DNA from: Paramoeba atlantica
Lineage: Eukaryota; Protista; Discosea
Length of the DNA: 64,000 nt
Assembly (NCBI GenBank): GCA_977017575.1
Contig: CDRNVI010000083.1
Span: forward strand, 186,001 to 250,000
Direction of reading: 5' to 3'
Shown here: positions 34,006-44,706 of the stretch, piece after piece
Numbering within the stretch: the first letter of the stretch is position 1
How the letters are laid out: each line of letters starts with the position of its first letter
Program-made: the position numbers and the translations under genes
Notes under the pieces: model-generated
Seen by the model: the letters and a program-made list of their open reading frames with translations, nothing else
Databases searched by the model: none
Told to the model about the DNA's origin: nothing

Positions 34006-34605
34006 TTATACGTCTACAATTATCTGTGTGCCATCCTTTACTAAATCAAAATTTATAGGAAGCTTGCCTCTGGAAAAACGACCACAGAGGTCTTTATTGT
34101 CGGGCACATAGAGCAACCATAAACTCTTAGGGAATTCAGAGGGGTCGACAATACCGGAAAAGCGATTGTACGATAAGAAAAGATTTTTCATTGTATCTGG
34201 CAGATCCTTGAGCAAAAGAGGCCCTGAAAATCTATTTGCAGTTACGTTCAGAACGGTCATTTGACGGGGAATTCCATTAAAGGGAATATCCCCAGAGAGT
34301 TCATTGAAAGCCAGACGAAGATAGGTCAGCGAACTGGGTATATAATCCCAGTTAAGTTCTCCTTCCATTTTTCGATCTCCCCAATCCATAGTACTGACAA
34401 TTCCTTCTACACACACTACACCTTTCCATTTACACGCGGGGACGCTTGTACTCCATGAGCTGTCCTTTTTGCTAGCGTCTTCGATAAATCGCGCAAGTTC
34501 GTATTCTACTGGAAGATTTGCTCCGCGAAGTTTTCCTAATTTGGTCCCAGATGAAATTTTATCAGCGGAAGCAACTCCCAATGCCAAGAACACAGCAGAG
34601 AGCAT
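34006..34605 (-). CDS. Short LRR protein with N-terminal signal (family member 3)
   Basis: MLSAVFLALGVASAD..KLRGANLPVEYEL, ACKWKGVVC cap, LRRs. Confidence 0.88.
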   Translation of the reverse strand: MLSAVFLALGVASADKISSGTKLGKLRGANLPVEYELARFIEDASKKDSSWSTSVPACKWKGVVCVEGIVSTMDWGDRKMEGELNWDYIPSSLTYLRLAFNELSGDIPFNGIPRQMTVLNVTANRFSGPLLLKDLPDTMKNLFLSYNRFSGIVDPSEFPKSLWLLYVPDNKDLCGRFSRGKLPINFDLVKDGTQIIVDV

Positions 34606-34925
34606 GTGGTAAAGTACCACAAAAGATAGCAACTCAAACAAATGCTACAAAAGTGTTCCAAAAAAAGTGTTCCAGAAAACCTGTGCCTGGTTCAATATTG
34701 AGCTATGAAATAAATAGAAAGAGCTTTCCCAATTCCTTCCTAAGGAAGTAACTACTTTATGGTATTTTTGACTGTATGTACACATACAAAAAATCTCTAA
34801 ATTCATAAACTTCATTCTTTTAACGCAGAGGAGCAAGTAATACATCCCGTACACTCGCTCATATGACGCCATATGATAGTTCGCAGTGCTAATTACTATT
34901 CTTGTTTGTTATCTCTGAACTAAAT

Positions 34926-35372
34926 TTATTTCTCCCGCATTTGCTCCATGACGGCTTTGAACTCATCAAAAGAAACCTTACCATCTCCGTCCCGATCGGC
35001 TTCTTTTATCATATCCTGTAATATTTTGGTATCTGTGCTCTCTCCAAGCATTAGTGATACCGCCTTTAAATTCTCCAGTGTGATGGCCCCTTGGTGATCC
35101 AGGTCAAAGAGCTCAAAAGCCTTTCTAATTTCCTCAGGTGAATCTTTCGCCACCATTTTCAATTTTACTAGCCTCATAAACGATTCAAGATCCAGGCTCT
35201 TTGAATCAGTCAATCCAATTTCTTGTATCCAGGATTCAAGCGACTCATTCTGTGGAAGATCAATGCCCAGTCCTCGAAGTGCAAAATTAATCGATTCGAT
35301 ATCCAATTCTCCTCTTCGTTCATAGTCAAATAATTGAAAAGCTTCCGAGATTTGTTGATCTGTCAAGGACAT
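34926..35372 (-). CDS. Centrin (EF-hand protein)
   Basis: EAFQLFD, EEIRKAFELFDLDHQGAIT..NLKAVS..LGE, MIKEADRDGDGKVSFDEF. Confidence 0.9.
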   Translation of the reverse strand: MSLTDQQISEAFQLFDYERRGELDIESINFALRGLGIDLPQNESLESWIQEIGLTDSKSLDLESFMRLVKLKMVAKDSPEEIRKAFELFDLDHQGAITLENLKAVSLMLGESTDTKILQDMIKEADRDGDGKVSFDEFKAVMEQMREK

Positions 35373-36044
35373 TCTCAATATACAAGGTAAACAACGTTAA
35401 AATATGAACTCTTCTTTTTTTAATGTTAAGATTCATGGCCTTCCGCACCCACAATCTGGAAAGCTTAATAATAAGTTAGATTAAGGAAAGTGTGGTACTA
35501 CACTTTCCTAAATACAAGACTAAATACGGTATGCGTACATTTTTTGTACGCATACCGCCAACGAAACCCGTATGCCCCTAAATGTGCAAAACTATGAAAA
35601 GTACGTGAGAACGAATTTAAGAAAATGACGCCAAAAACGGTAGTCCATTAGTTTCTCCATTTTTGAAGCAAGTACCTAAAGTATAGGAGTTCGTGCAAGT
35701 AATTCAATTCAAATTTCAGGCCTTACCCATCGAAGTGATACGTAAGAAGGATTGCCACGCCATCGTACTTTAAGTACTTCATGCTACTTAAGCCAGGTCA
35801 GCAAACTATTCCTTACTTCATGCGGCATGTTTCATGTACTGATAAGTACATGCCCATCGATGACAATCTCCGTGTCTCTAGGACTGTATACAATGCCCCA
35901 TGAATCGTATCGCCACAGATCCTCCGTAAGGCCAATCCTTTGGGCAAGCCGCAAAAGTAACAAATACAAGTGCCCAATTAGCACGTGAGTCAGAGACCAC
36001 GGATCTCATTACCCCACCGTACCACAACACTAAACCACATCTCC

Positions 36045-37967
36045 TTATTCTCCCGACACTTCAGTTCCCCAATACACCTCTTCCAACTCCCCCTTTGTGA
36101 GCACCAGTACGCGACACGAGCACTGTGTCACGGCGGAGTACTCACAACAACTCCCCGTCTCACCCCACCCCGCAACACTCGGATCCGTCCCCCTCCCCTC
36201 CCCCTCCCGTCCCCCCCTCCGGCCTCTCCCCAGCACCAGGGTCTCCAGCGGGGTTCCGCGGTCCCCTTCTGCGATCTCCACCGGCAGCGTGGAGCACCGG
36301 CGTATCGGGGAGGGGGCGGCCCCGGGGGGCGTGTCGTCGGGGGAGACACCCCCGCCGGGGAGGCACGCGGTCCCCAGCACCCCCCACGCCCCCATCTCCG
36401 CCCGCACCCGCTCCGCCCCGACGGTGAGCCCCACGCGGCCGGAGAGGAGGAGCGTGAAATGCCGCAGCGGGGCGCCCCGGCGGTAGAGGACGTACCCCGC
36501 GGTGACGTCCAGCACGAGCGCGTGCCGCAGCAGCCCGGAGAGCGCAGACTCCGGGAGCCCACGGAACCCGTCGAGGGTGTCGCGGAGGAAACTGTGGACC
36601 ACGGAGCACTGGGCGGGGGTGAGGGTGGCGAGCTTCCCGCGGGAGTAGCGGAACTCGGCCAGGGAGATGTGGTAGGCGTGGGCGGTGTCCCCGGCCGCCT
36701 CGCGGTCTTTTTCGTCTTGGATGTCACGTTTGATAAGGGTCTCCATGACGTCCTCGAGGGTGATGACACCGATGACGGTGGGGGATTTGCTGGGTAAGGG
36801 AGGAGTTCGGTCGCGTTGTTGGACCAGCGCGAGGTGAGTACGACCACTGGAGAAGCGTTTTAACATTTCGCACAGTTTAGTGTCCTCAAAGGTGAAGTGC
36901 AAATGTCGCGATTTGCTGGAAAGTCGAAGGACCATCCCAAGAGTGAGGCGGTCATCCGCGTCCCAGAAGAGCAGATCTTTTACAAAGATGATACCCACAA
37001 TATTGGATCGCTTTCCCTCATACACCGGAATGCGAGAGTAGCCCACTTCCCAGATCCGCATCATAACGTCCTCTTGAAGACGTGTGTCAACGGATAAGGC
37101 GAAAACCTCTTGGATCGGAGTCATGCAGTCTTTCACCATTTTCCCCTGAAAATCCATCGCACCAGCCATGAGGTTAAACTCCTCAGGGTTTAAGCCACTC
37201 TCAAGGCTGTGCTCTTTGGCGTGCACGGAAATTAGCTTTCGTAACATGTTTCGATCGTAAATTTGGCCCGGGTCGTTTCCAAGGGTTAGGTCCAGAAGAA
37301 GAGAAATGGGTTTCGCCACAACATAGAGCAAGACAATGAAAAAGTTGACAAGGGGTACAGATTTCGCTCCGAAAAACAAGGCATATCGGGAACAAACGGC
37401 TTGTGGAATAATCTCACCTACCAGAAGAATAATTGCTGTAGATATGCAAAATCCCGAAATTCCACTTGTGAGACGATCCGTGAGTAGAGAGATGAGAACG
37501 TTTGTCATCACGTTACCAAGTAACAATGTGCAAAGTAACTGATTCCCATTCTTGCGCAGCGGAAGAATGACTTGCGCGTAGGATCGGTCGGGCTGAGGAG
37601 CGCTGGTCGCAATCACGTCGAGTGATAACGTATCTAAGCCAAGGACCCCGAGAGTTAATCCGGAAAAGAGCGCAGAGAGTAATACCAGCACAGCCGTAAG
37701 CGACAACCTCCATGCCAATTCCTGGGTACTGTTTTTCACTGAAGATGTCGAATTAGCTGCAGATGGTGGCGCGACGTCCGATACATTCTGCATTGCCTTT
37801 TTCAAGTTATGCTTTGGATTTTTCTGATGGTGTGCGTATTTGTGCGTGACTACATCGACCGTGTTCTCCCCACAATGTGCAACGGAGAGTGGAAGCTTAA
37901 AAGGAAACGGTTTCGCATGGTTGGTTGGCAGCAAAAGAATCAAGATCACGTACAAAACGTAGCACAT
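36045..37967 (-). CDS. CNNM/DUF21-CBS metal transporter with cyclic-nucleotide-binding-like C-terminus
   Basis: LSALFSGLTLGVLGLD, LLCTLLLGNV, GEIIPQAVC, MTPIQEVF, GYSRIPVY, IGVITLEDVME. Confidence 0.93.
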   Translation of the reverse strand: MCYVLYVILILLLPTNHAKPFPFKLPLSVAHCGENTVDVVTHKYAHHQKNPKHNLKKAMQNVSDVAPPSAANSTSSVKNSTQELAWRLSLTAVLVLLSALFSGLTLGVLGLDTLSLDVIATSAPQPDRSYAQVILPLRKNGNQLLCTLLLGNVMTNVLISLLTDRLTSGISGFCISTAIILLVGEIIPQAVCSRYALFFGAKSVPLVNFFIVLLYVVAKPISLLLDLTLGNDPGQIYDRNMLRKLISVHAKEHSLESGLNPEEFNLMAGAMDFQGKMVKDCMTPIQEVFALSVDTRLQEDVMMRIWEVGYSRIPVYEGKRSNIVGIIFVKDLLFWDADDRLTLGMVLRLSSKSRHLHFTFEDTKLCEMLKRFSSGRTHLALVQQRDRTPPLPSKSPTVIGVITLEDVMETLIKRDIQDEKDREAAGDTAHAYHISLAEFRYSRGKLATLTPAQCSVVHSFLRDTLDGFRGLPESALSGLLRHALVLDVTAGYVLYRRGAPLRHFTLLLSGRVGLTVGAERVRAEMGAWGVLGTACLPGGGVSPDDTPPGAAPSPIRRCSTLPVEIAEGDRGTPLETLVLGRGRRGGREGEGRGTDPSVAGWGETGSCCEYSAVTQCSCRVLVLTKGELEEVYWGTEVSGE

Positions 37968-38124
37968 TCTACGGCACTGGCGCTTGCTGTAGACTTACAA
38001 CGCCAAGACTGGCAGAGCTTGTGCTAAATTCCATATTCCAAAACTATATGTTGACTAAAAAAACGATAAAGCTAGACATAAAGAGTGCTCGTGCAAAAAA
38101 ATCGTTGTGAAGAATATATAAATA

Positions 38125-38185
38125 CAGTGGTGTTCAGCGTCTTTTACCCCCCCCCCCTACAGGTCTTGTATTTTGACAAAAACAA
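38125..38185 (+). mobile_element. Truncated left end of Tc1-like family B
   Basis: TA|CAGTGGTGTTCAGCGTCTTTTACCCCCCCCCCCTACAGGTCTTGTATTTT, same family as 19357 and 57172. Confidence 0.7.
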
Positions 38186-38216
38186 GCTGTATATTCTTGT
38201 ATATTTTGACAAAAAC

Positions 38217-38430
38217 AAGCTTAGAGCATGTCTACATGAGCTACATTAGCACATCTAGAGCACGTCTACATTACTCTTGCTGAATACCACTTTCTATACA
38301 CGAGACCCAAAATCCATCCAGAGAGTATTGCGTAGGAACGCAAAGAATATCTCGATGGACTAACGAGAGTGGCTTAAAGATACAACTGTACAAATGTACT
38401 TGTATCTGTATGCTTAAAAGGAAATTGGTT
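38217..38430 (-). pseudogene. Diverged duplicate of the EMG1-like 3' end and downstream sequence
   Basis: Translates ..ATLVSPSRYSLRSYAILSGWILGLV.. versus ..STLVSISRYSLRSYIILSRWISGLV.. at 40842-40930. Confidence 0.75.
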
Positions 38431-38433
38431 AAT

Positions 38434-39858
38434 GACGGGTTATATTGCACCCAAAAAATAATTCCTTGCTTTTATCACCTCTTTCGGCTTGTGAAACATT
38501 GTTATTTTGATTTCAGTTAAAAATCTATGTCCGAGTGCGCTTGCAAAGACCTAAGCTGTATCCTTACCTGGCGCAATGATGGGCATATTCCATCAAATTT
38601 TATAAAGTTTCTGATTTCGCACAAGGTTGTGCACGAAGAAGTTTGCTCTGAGCATAGAGCGAGTGGAACCCCAGGAAAGACAAACCCTATGCCAAACATA
38701 TGCTGGAAAAGGAAGGGCAACAATAAGTGTAGGAAGCGCCTTTCTCGTCTTTCACCGTATTTTTCTTCAAAGCAAAAACGAGCCAAAGAAAAATTCTTGT
38801 TCTGGATTAAGATCTACCAAAAAGTCGATGCACAAGCATCTGCTTCGCAACTTTGCGTCAATAGGGACACAATAACAGAGTGGAAGCGTGAACTGTTGCG
38901 CTGTGTGTGGAAGTCTTCAAAGGTGCAGAATGAGACTGTCTTGTTTTCTCGATGTGCGGTGGATGAAACATTTTTCTTTAAGCGGAAGTATAATGTGGGG
39001 CGAAGGACTCGAAGTCAATCCTTTTGGATGCTCACAATCACTGGAATAGCGCGCGGAGGTGGTTGCACTTCGACAATATGGTACCGCGTGGCGAAAAGGG
39101 ACGCTGTAACACTGCAAAATCTAGCGAAAAAACACACTGTGCAGAGTAAAAGAACAGTAGTGTACACCGATGGATGACGTGCTTATAGAGGCCTGGGCCC
39201 TTATACAGTGCGACATCGAACTGTGAACCATTCCAGAAGCGGAAAATACCGGTTTGTCACAGAGGAGGGGGTGCACACGAATCATGCAGAATCAGCTCAC
39301 TCGTCGGTGAAGCGCTCAGTCCGAAGACAAGGAAGGTTGTCTATGAAGCCGAGAGAAGCAGAGAAATGCATTGCCCTATATACACTTTGGTTCAAAAGAA
39401 CCACGTGGCAGGAACGTCTGCAATCATTACTTCTCTGTCTAAAATTTGGGCAATGCCTGCCGAATATAGAAGAAGAGGACAATGAAAGTGAAACAGAAGA
39501 AGAGGAACAATGTGAGCAATTTATGGAAGAGGAGGAAGCAGCAGCAACGGAGGCAGACGACACAGAAACATGGAACATGATCCAGAGTTTCATGAATCTG
39601 TGAAGGAATGTATGAAGTGAGTGGGGTTTTAAGGAGTGTTGTTAAGTTAAGGAGTGTGAATTAGGATGTATGGTGAAAACGTGGTCAATTTTTATGATTT
39701 TCATAATTATTTGTGACAGAAGTCAAGTCCTAAGGAGGTTTGTACTCGAAAATACGGTATAAAACAAAGTTTTGTGTTAAAAGATGAAATTATGTCTGAA
39801 AAATGCATGATCAGGTTTTTTTATATTTTTTTTAGGAATGGGTGCAATATAACCCGTC
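38434..39858 (+). mobile_element. Merlin / IS1595 (ISXO2-like) DNA transposon
   Basis: Perfect 20-bp TIRs GACGGGTTATATTGCACCCA (38434-38453; 39839-39858); no 8-9-bp TSD visible. Confidence 0.85.
38527..39603 (+). pseudogene. Merlin/ISXO2 transposase with a single in-frame TGA
   Basis: AVDETFF..RKYNVGR, VYTDG*RAYRGL, H.TVNHS...FV..EGVHTNHAES. Confidence 0.88.
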
Positions 39859-39871
39859 TGTAGCCAGGAAA

Positions 39872-40522
39872 TTATAAAATAGCAAAATGTGGGACTTGTG
39901 ATGTTACGTGAATATTATTTCCTCGTAAATGAATGTGTTTCATTGTCACTGGAAGTCTTGACAAATTTACCGAACCTTCGAAACGATTACCTTCAAGTAA
40001 TAAAACACCCATTCTTGCGGGGAGAGACATTAGATCCAGTGCACCGCTGAACTGATTATCCTTAAGGTTTAATCTGTGCATATTAGGTGGCAACACTGTC
40101 AAGTCTACGGGACCAAACATATTGCACATCGTGAGAGCAAAAGAAGTTAACGAGGTCGGGAGATCTGCAACAGGTAATGTTCCTGTAATACCTGCTTGCG
40201 AAGCCATAAAAAAAGATTTGATGGTATCTGGCATGTAGATCCATGCAAAAGTGCCAGAATAGTTATCTTCTTCCTCAGCACCGAAAAGATCGAAGGGATT
40301 TAATCCAAAATATTCCACTTGTTCATCCGTATTGCACTCTACTCCTTTCCAGTCACATGCTCTTATGTTAGTTGTCCATGTCACCCCAGGATTAGAAATA
40401 TTGGCTACAAATCGTGCTAGATTGTATTCCTGAGGAAGAACAGCACCTTTAACTTTAGCCGGACGAGGCAAATTTTGGTCCTTACTAAGAATCGGTGAAA
40501 CGCTTCTATGACACTGAATCAT
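39872..40522 (-). CDS. Short LRR protein (family member 4); signal peptide unclear
   Basis: PAKVKGAVLPQEYNL, ACDWKGVEC cap, LRRs. Start uncertain (ATG 40522 chosen; the frame is open further upstream). Confidence 0.75.
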   Translation of the reverse strand: MIQCHRSVSPILSKDQNLPRPAKVKGAVLPQEYNLARFVANISNPGVTWTTNIRACDWKGVECNTDEQVEYFGLNPFDLFGAEEEDNYSGTFAWIYMPDTIKSFFMASQAGITGTLPVADLPTSLTSFALTMCNMFGPVDLTVLPPNMHRLNLKDNQFSGALDLMSLPARMGVLLLEGNRFEGSVNLSRLPVTMKHIHLRGNNIHVTSQVPHFAIL

Positions 40523-40841
40523 ACAGTATGGTGAACACACTATATAGTAAAGGTGTAAGAAAAACAAAACAAAGCTAAGGTGTTTTTGAAATACAAAATA
40601 AGAGTTAATTGAAGAATAAAATTGTCCTTTCTGACCGAATTCGAAAGGTAATACAAAAACAGGAATTTTTAAAATTTGGTACATGATTGTACATAATTGG
40701 GTATAAGATGCCTGTACCAGAACATAAAAGGAAAAGACAAGTTTAAAGCGCATTGTGCTCGTAAGGATCTTCTATTTTTGACAAAAATACAACATTTTCA
40801 GAATGAGCTTAGAGCACATTTACGGAAACGAAGAGCTAGGG

Positions 40842-41879
40842 TTAAGGCTTTCCATGCACGAGACCCGAAATCCATCGAGAGAGTATTATGTAGGAACGCA
40901 AAGAATATCTTGATATACTAACGAGCGTGGATGGCTTTCTACATGCAGTAAGCTCTGAAGGTATGTCAACTGCTCCTTCGGTTGAACATTGGGTCAAAAA
41001 CAGTTGAACAACAGTGACTTGTGGAATGATTACATGCTCACCATTAACGCTGCGTAATGTGTTTGAATTTACAATAGTATCATTTTTTACAATTCCGGAA
41101 GTCCAAGAAGTCGTTTTCTCGTTCTCATTGTTTTCGTGCCGCAAAACGGAACCGAATTCCTCCGGATTTAAGAGGCGGAATCCAGATGGGAAGGGAGGAT
41201 CAATGTTACATAAAGTGTAGCACAGAACTGTACCAGTTTTCAATTTCGCATCTTGAGTTGTCGAACGTTTATTCTGCACTTCATTCAAGTAGCAATTCAA
41301 AGTTTCATCCGTTACCAGTTCGATATATTGTGATGATTCATTGCTGGAAGTATTCTCCATGCAAGAACTATTTACCAAAACAGATTGAACTAACCCTTCA
41401 AAACGAGCCAACGTACGAGGAATTCTGGTTTTTGGTGAAATTCTCACCCACATCCTTTTCTTTTGAATATTTTCCACAGGTGTCCCATTGCAAAGCTTTG
41501 AGTCTACTTCTAAAAATATGTTACGAACAACGCCAGGACAGGATGCCTCATCCAACACAGCTAATAGGCATTGATGTAGCGTGGCATAGTGATCTTCCCC
41601 CGAATTTGCGGGATTCGGTGTGTCAGTAACGTTACCAAAATGCTTTCTTCTTGCCGTACGGCCTTTTTCGACACGTGAGCCTGAGGTAAGAGCTTGTCGC
41701 AGAATCAAAACCACAGAAGCCGTGTCAGAAGGAGGGGAATGGGAATCCGATGGGGGTGATGGAAGACGCGCACTCTCTGCATTGGATAAGCGACTTTCAC
41801 ATGCTCGTTCCTTGATTGCCAAGTCTCGCTTTTTACTTTTTCTGGTTCCTTGCAATTGCTTTGACTGTTCCGTTGTCAT
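40842..41879 (-). CDS. EMG1: Divergent EMG1/Nep1-like SPOUT rRNA methyltransferase
   Basis: TLHQCLLAVLD..C, VRISPKTRIPRTLARFEGL and C-terminal VSISRYSL resemble Nep1 motifs. Confidence 0.65.
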   Translation of the reverse strand: MTTEQSKQLQGTRKSKKRDLAIKERACESRLSNAESARLPSPPSDSHSPPSDTASVVLILRQALTSGSRVEKGRTARRKHFGNVTDTPNPANSGEDHYATLHQCLLAVLDEASCPGVVRNIFLEVDSKLCNGTPVENIQKKRMWVRISPKTRIPRTLARFEGLVQSVLVNSSCMENTSSNESSQYIELVTDETLNCYLNEVQNKRSTTQDAKLKTGTVLCYTLCNIDPPFPSGFRLLNPEEFGSVLRHENNENEKTTSWTSGIVKNDTIVNSNTLRSVNGEHVIIPQVTVVQLFLTQCSTEGAVDIPSELTACRKPSTLVSISRYSLRSYIILSRWISGLVHGKP

Positions 41880-42032
41880 TTTACAGTTTAGACCCACTAA
41901 TAGAAAAACCTAGGATAAAAAGTAAAAGTCGTTTTGCGGTTCACTCTTAACCGCATGTTCGTTCTTTAAAAAAAACATGTACCGCGGTATAAAAAATTGT
42001 TGAATCGAACTGTTGAGAATCGAATTTCGGCG

Positions 42033-44462
42033 TTACGTACCCTTCCTTGTAGGTGTTGGCCTCCCCGTGTGCAACCCGGTCACGATACCCAACCCCTTGG
42101 TCCTACCCTCCCGGAAAACGAGTTTCTGCCCCAGCTTCATAAACTCTGGACGATACAGAAACACAAACCGAACGTTAGCCTTATCCCCCGTACGCAGCAC
42201 CTCCCCGGCATCCAGCTGAATTCTTGCGGCCTGTCGTACCGTGGAGGAATGGATTACGGGCTCGTAGTTTGTACTGATCGTTGTACTGTGGTACAAAATC
42301 GTCACATCCGCGTCAAACGACCAATACGCCACCCCTCCCTTTGCCAGCACCTCTCGCGAGCCCTCCCCGCCCAACACCACCATCCCTTTTCGTACCTGGG
42401 ACCGTTTTTCCCTTTTCAGTGCGAAACAGGCGTCACATCCCGCACACACCCGGGCGACATCCATGCGCTTGGAGTGGATACTCTTAATCTGCGTGGCCCG
42501 GAAGTGACCGCTGCCGTCGGGTCCCAGCGCCACGGCGTCGGACACCCGGAACGTGCCCTGGGTCACGATCCCCGCCACCACGGTCCCGACCCCCGGGACG
42601 TGGAACGTGTTGTCCACCACGAGCTCGGGGGTGGGGAGGTCGCGGGCCGAGAGCCACGGGTACCGCGGCGGGAGGAGATTCAGCAGCGCGTAGAGCAGCG
42701 GGAGGCGATCCCCGGTGACGTTGCTGACCTCGAGGATCGGGACCAGGCGGTCGAGTTTAAGACTGCGTGCGCTGATGGTGACGTCCGAGAGGGATTGGAT
42801 GTGGAACGGGACTTTGCGTACGGTACTGTGGCGCAGGGTACGGAGAATGGTGCGTAGGGTGTCCTGACGTACGTTTTGGGGTGTACTGTCGATACGGGTT
42901 ATGATGACCATAAAAGGTATTTTAAGCGCAAGACACAGTGCGAGGTGCTCCTTGGTCATGCGCTGTATGCCGTTGTTGGCGGAGATCACCAACAGAGCGT
43001 AGTCGGGAAGAGACCGGGTCATACCTAACACCGTGGTTTTAAGGTACCTCTCATGTCCTGCGAGATCAAAGAAGGTAATCACTTTTCGACTCAATCCCTT
43101 GGTTTCCTCCTTTGTGAGAACGTGGGAGTAGTAATTTACCGCAGAGCCATTCTCGTCGAATCCAAGGTATTGTTCACTGATACTGCTTGTGCGTCCACTC
43201 TCTGCCTCGTGGCGGTGCTTAAATACCTTTGAGCGAGCCAGACCTCTGCCGTCGTCCATCTGTTGTCGAGTCAAAACGGAGGTTAGAGTGCTTTTCCCGC
43301 TATCTACGTTGCCACACACAGCAAAACGCATCTCAATGCAGGGGTAGTCCGATATACTGCGAACTAGAACATCCATGGTGGATCGCTCAGGACTGTCGAC
43401 CAGAATTTGCACCTTCGCGCCACATCGGCGAGCGGCTTCTTCAAGTTCTTCTAACTGAGTCTTTATACTCTTTGTTGTGTTTTCCTCGCTAAGCGAGAGC
43501 AACACTTCACCTTGTCCCTCCTGTAACTGAGTTTGAAGGAAGGATGGCTTGTTGACCAAAATTTGAGTATCATGCGTACTCACTGGGTTAGATGTTGATA
43601 ACGAACTAGCTACAGCGGAAGACGTCTTTGCAGTGTGAACGATGTCAGTACTAGCACTGGATCGACTTTCATCCAGCGTGGATTCTGTTTCCTCCACAGA
43701 TTTCTCGTCTAATGGAATTTCTTTGGAGCGAAACAGTGAACTCAGTTTTTTCTCAATCGCCCTCATAATGTTGCTCTTCACTTCCACAATAGAAAATGTT
43801 GATGCGTTGTTCTGAACTGAACTGTTCAAGCCGTTCGATGTATTGTCTTTGTTTATGTAATAAGAATGATTTCCCTTTTTCGCATTTAGAAACTGAACTA
43901 CAATGCGATGCTGTCCATATGAGGAGTGCTCATGATCATAAGGTGATCTTGTTGTAGACGTATTCGAAGATTTCGATTCAGAAGTTGAAGAAAAAGCGTT
44001 TTTACGGAGCGCATTTACCCAGGATTTAACCTGATCTATCTCTTCAACAGTTTTATGTGATGCGCCATCCCATATGGCAATGATGAAAAGGTGAAGCTCA
44101 ATGAGATCTGTTCTGGACGCAGTTTTTGGAGGCGCACGGTTTTCGACGCTGTTGATATTCAAAATTTCCATATTCTTATTGAAATCATTAGATGTGTGTG
44201 ACAGTTCGGGAGACAATGTGCTGGGAGCCTCTGAATTCGCAAGATCATCTTGTAGGTTTTCAAGAAGACTTTTGGTTGGTATCAGTTCCCTTTTCCTTAC
44301 AGAGGGAAGCGCTATTGAAAATTCTTTTTCAAGGTGGCTAAGAAATTCTTTGCACACCCATTCACCGAGCAAGTTCGCCGATGGATCGCTCAAAAGGTGT
44401 AACGTCCATCGGTGTTGTCCAGAGGAATCCTCCAATACAGACCCCCTTTCGGCAGAATTCAT
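42033..44462 (-). CDS. GTP-binding protein 1/2 (GTPBP1-like translational GTPase) with long N-terminal extension
   Basis: AVCGNVDSGKSTL, HRHEAESGRTSS, FFDLAGHERYLKTT, ITRID, VSNVTG, FLYRPEF, FREGRTKGLG. Confidence 0.93.
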   Translation of the reverse strand: MNSAERGSVLEDSSGQHRWTLHLLSDPSANLLGEWVCKEFLSHLEKEFSIALPSVRKRELIPTKSLLENLQDDLANSEAPSTLSPELSHTSNDFNKNMEILNINSVENRAPPKTASRTDLIELHLFIIAIWDGASHKTVEEIDQVKSWVNALRKNAFSSTSESKSSNTSTTRSPYDHEHSSYGQHRIVVQFLNAKKGNHSYYINKDNTSNGLNSSVQNNASTFSIVEVKSNIMRAIEKKLSSLFRSKEIPLDEKSVEETESTLDESRSSASTDIVHTAKTSSAVASSLSTSNPVSTHDTQILVNKPSFLQTQLQEGQGEVLLSLSEENTTKSIKTQLEELEEAARRCGAKVQILVDSPERSTMDVLVRSISDYPCIEMRFAVCGNVDSGKSTLTSVLTRQQMDDGRGLARSKVFKHRHEAESGRTSSISEQYLGFDENGSAVNYYSHVLTKEETKGLSRKVITFFDLAGHERYLKTTVLGMTRSLPDYALLVISANNGIQRMTKEHLALCLALKIPFMVIITRIDSTPQNVRQDTLRTILRTLRHSTVRKVPFHIQSLSDVTISARSLKLDRLVPILEVSNVTGDRLPLLYALLNLLPPRYPWLSARDLPTPELVVDNTFHVPGVGTVVAGIVTQGTFRVSDAVALGPDGSGHFRATQIKSIHSKRMDVARVCAGCDACFALKREKRSQVRKGMVVLGGEGSREVLAKGGVAYWSFDADVTILYHSTTISTNYEPVIHSSTVRQAARIQLDAGEVLRTGDKANVRFVFLYRPEFMKLGQKLVFREGRTKGLGIVTGLHTGRPTPTRKGT

Positions 44463-44706
44463 AAAAAATATGGCAAGACTTCGTACGTAAAAATAAAAAT
44501 TTGCTTGTCTCTAAAAAGGTACTTTTTTCCTACCCGCATTCAAATGTTTCTTTTTTACCATTTACTATACACAATGTCATAACCACACGAATACTTCAGT
44601 TGCTCCCGCTTTGCCTCGCTGTGGCTGGATTTTCTCAATCAAATCAAAAAGATAGTTGCGCTTGGCTAACCTGCTTGACATACCATGACTTCTTCGAATG
44701 AAGAGT

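Noticed and set aside
39175-39177. Reassigned genetic code (TGA = Trp)
   Set aside because: Host genes have no in-frame TGA at conserved Trp positions and use TGG; TGA interruptions appear only in transposon relics.
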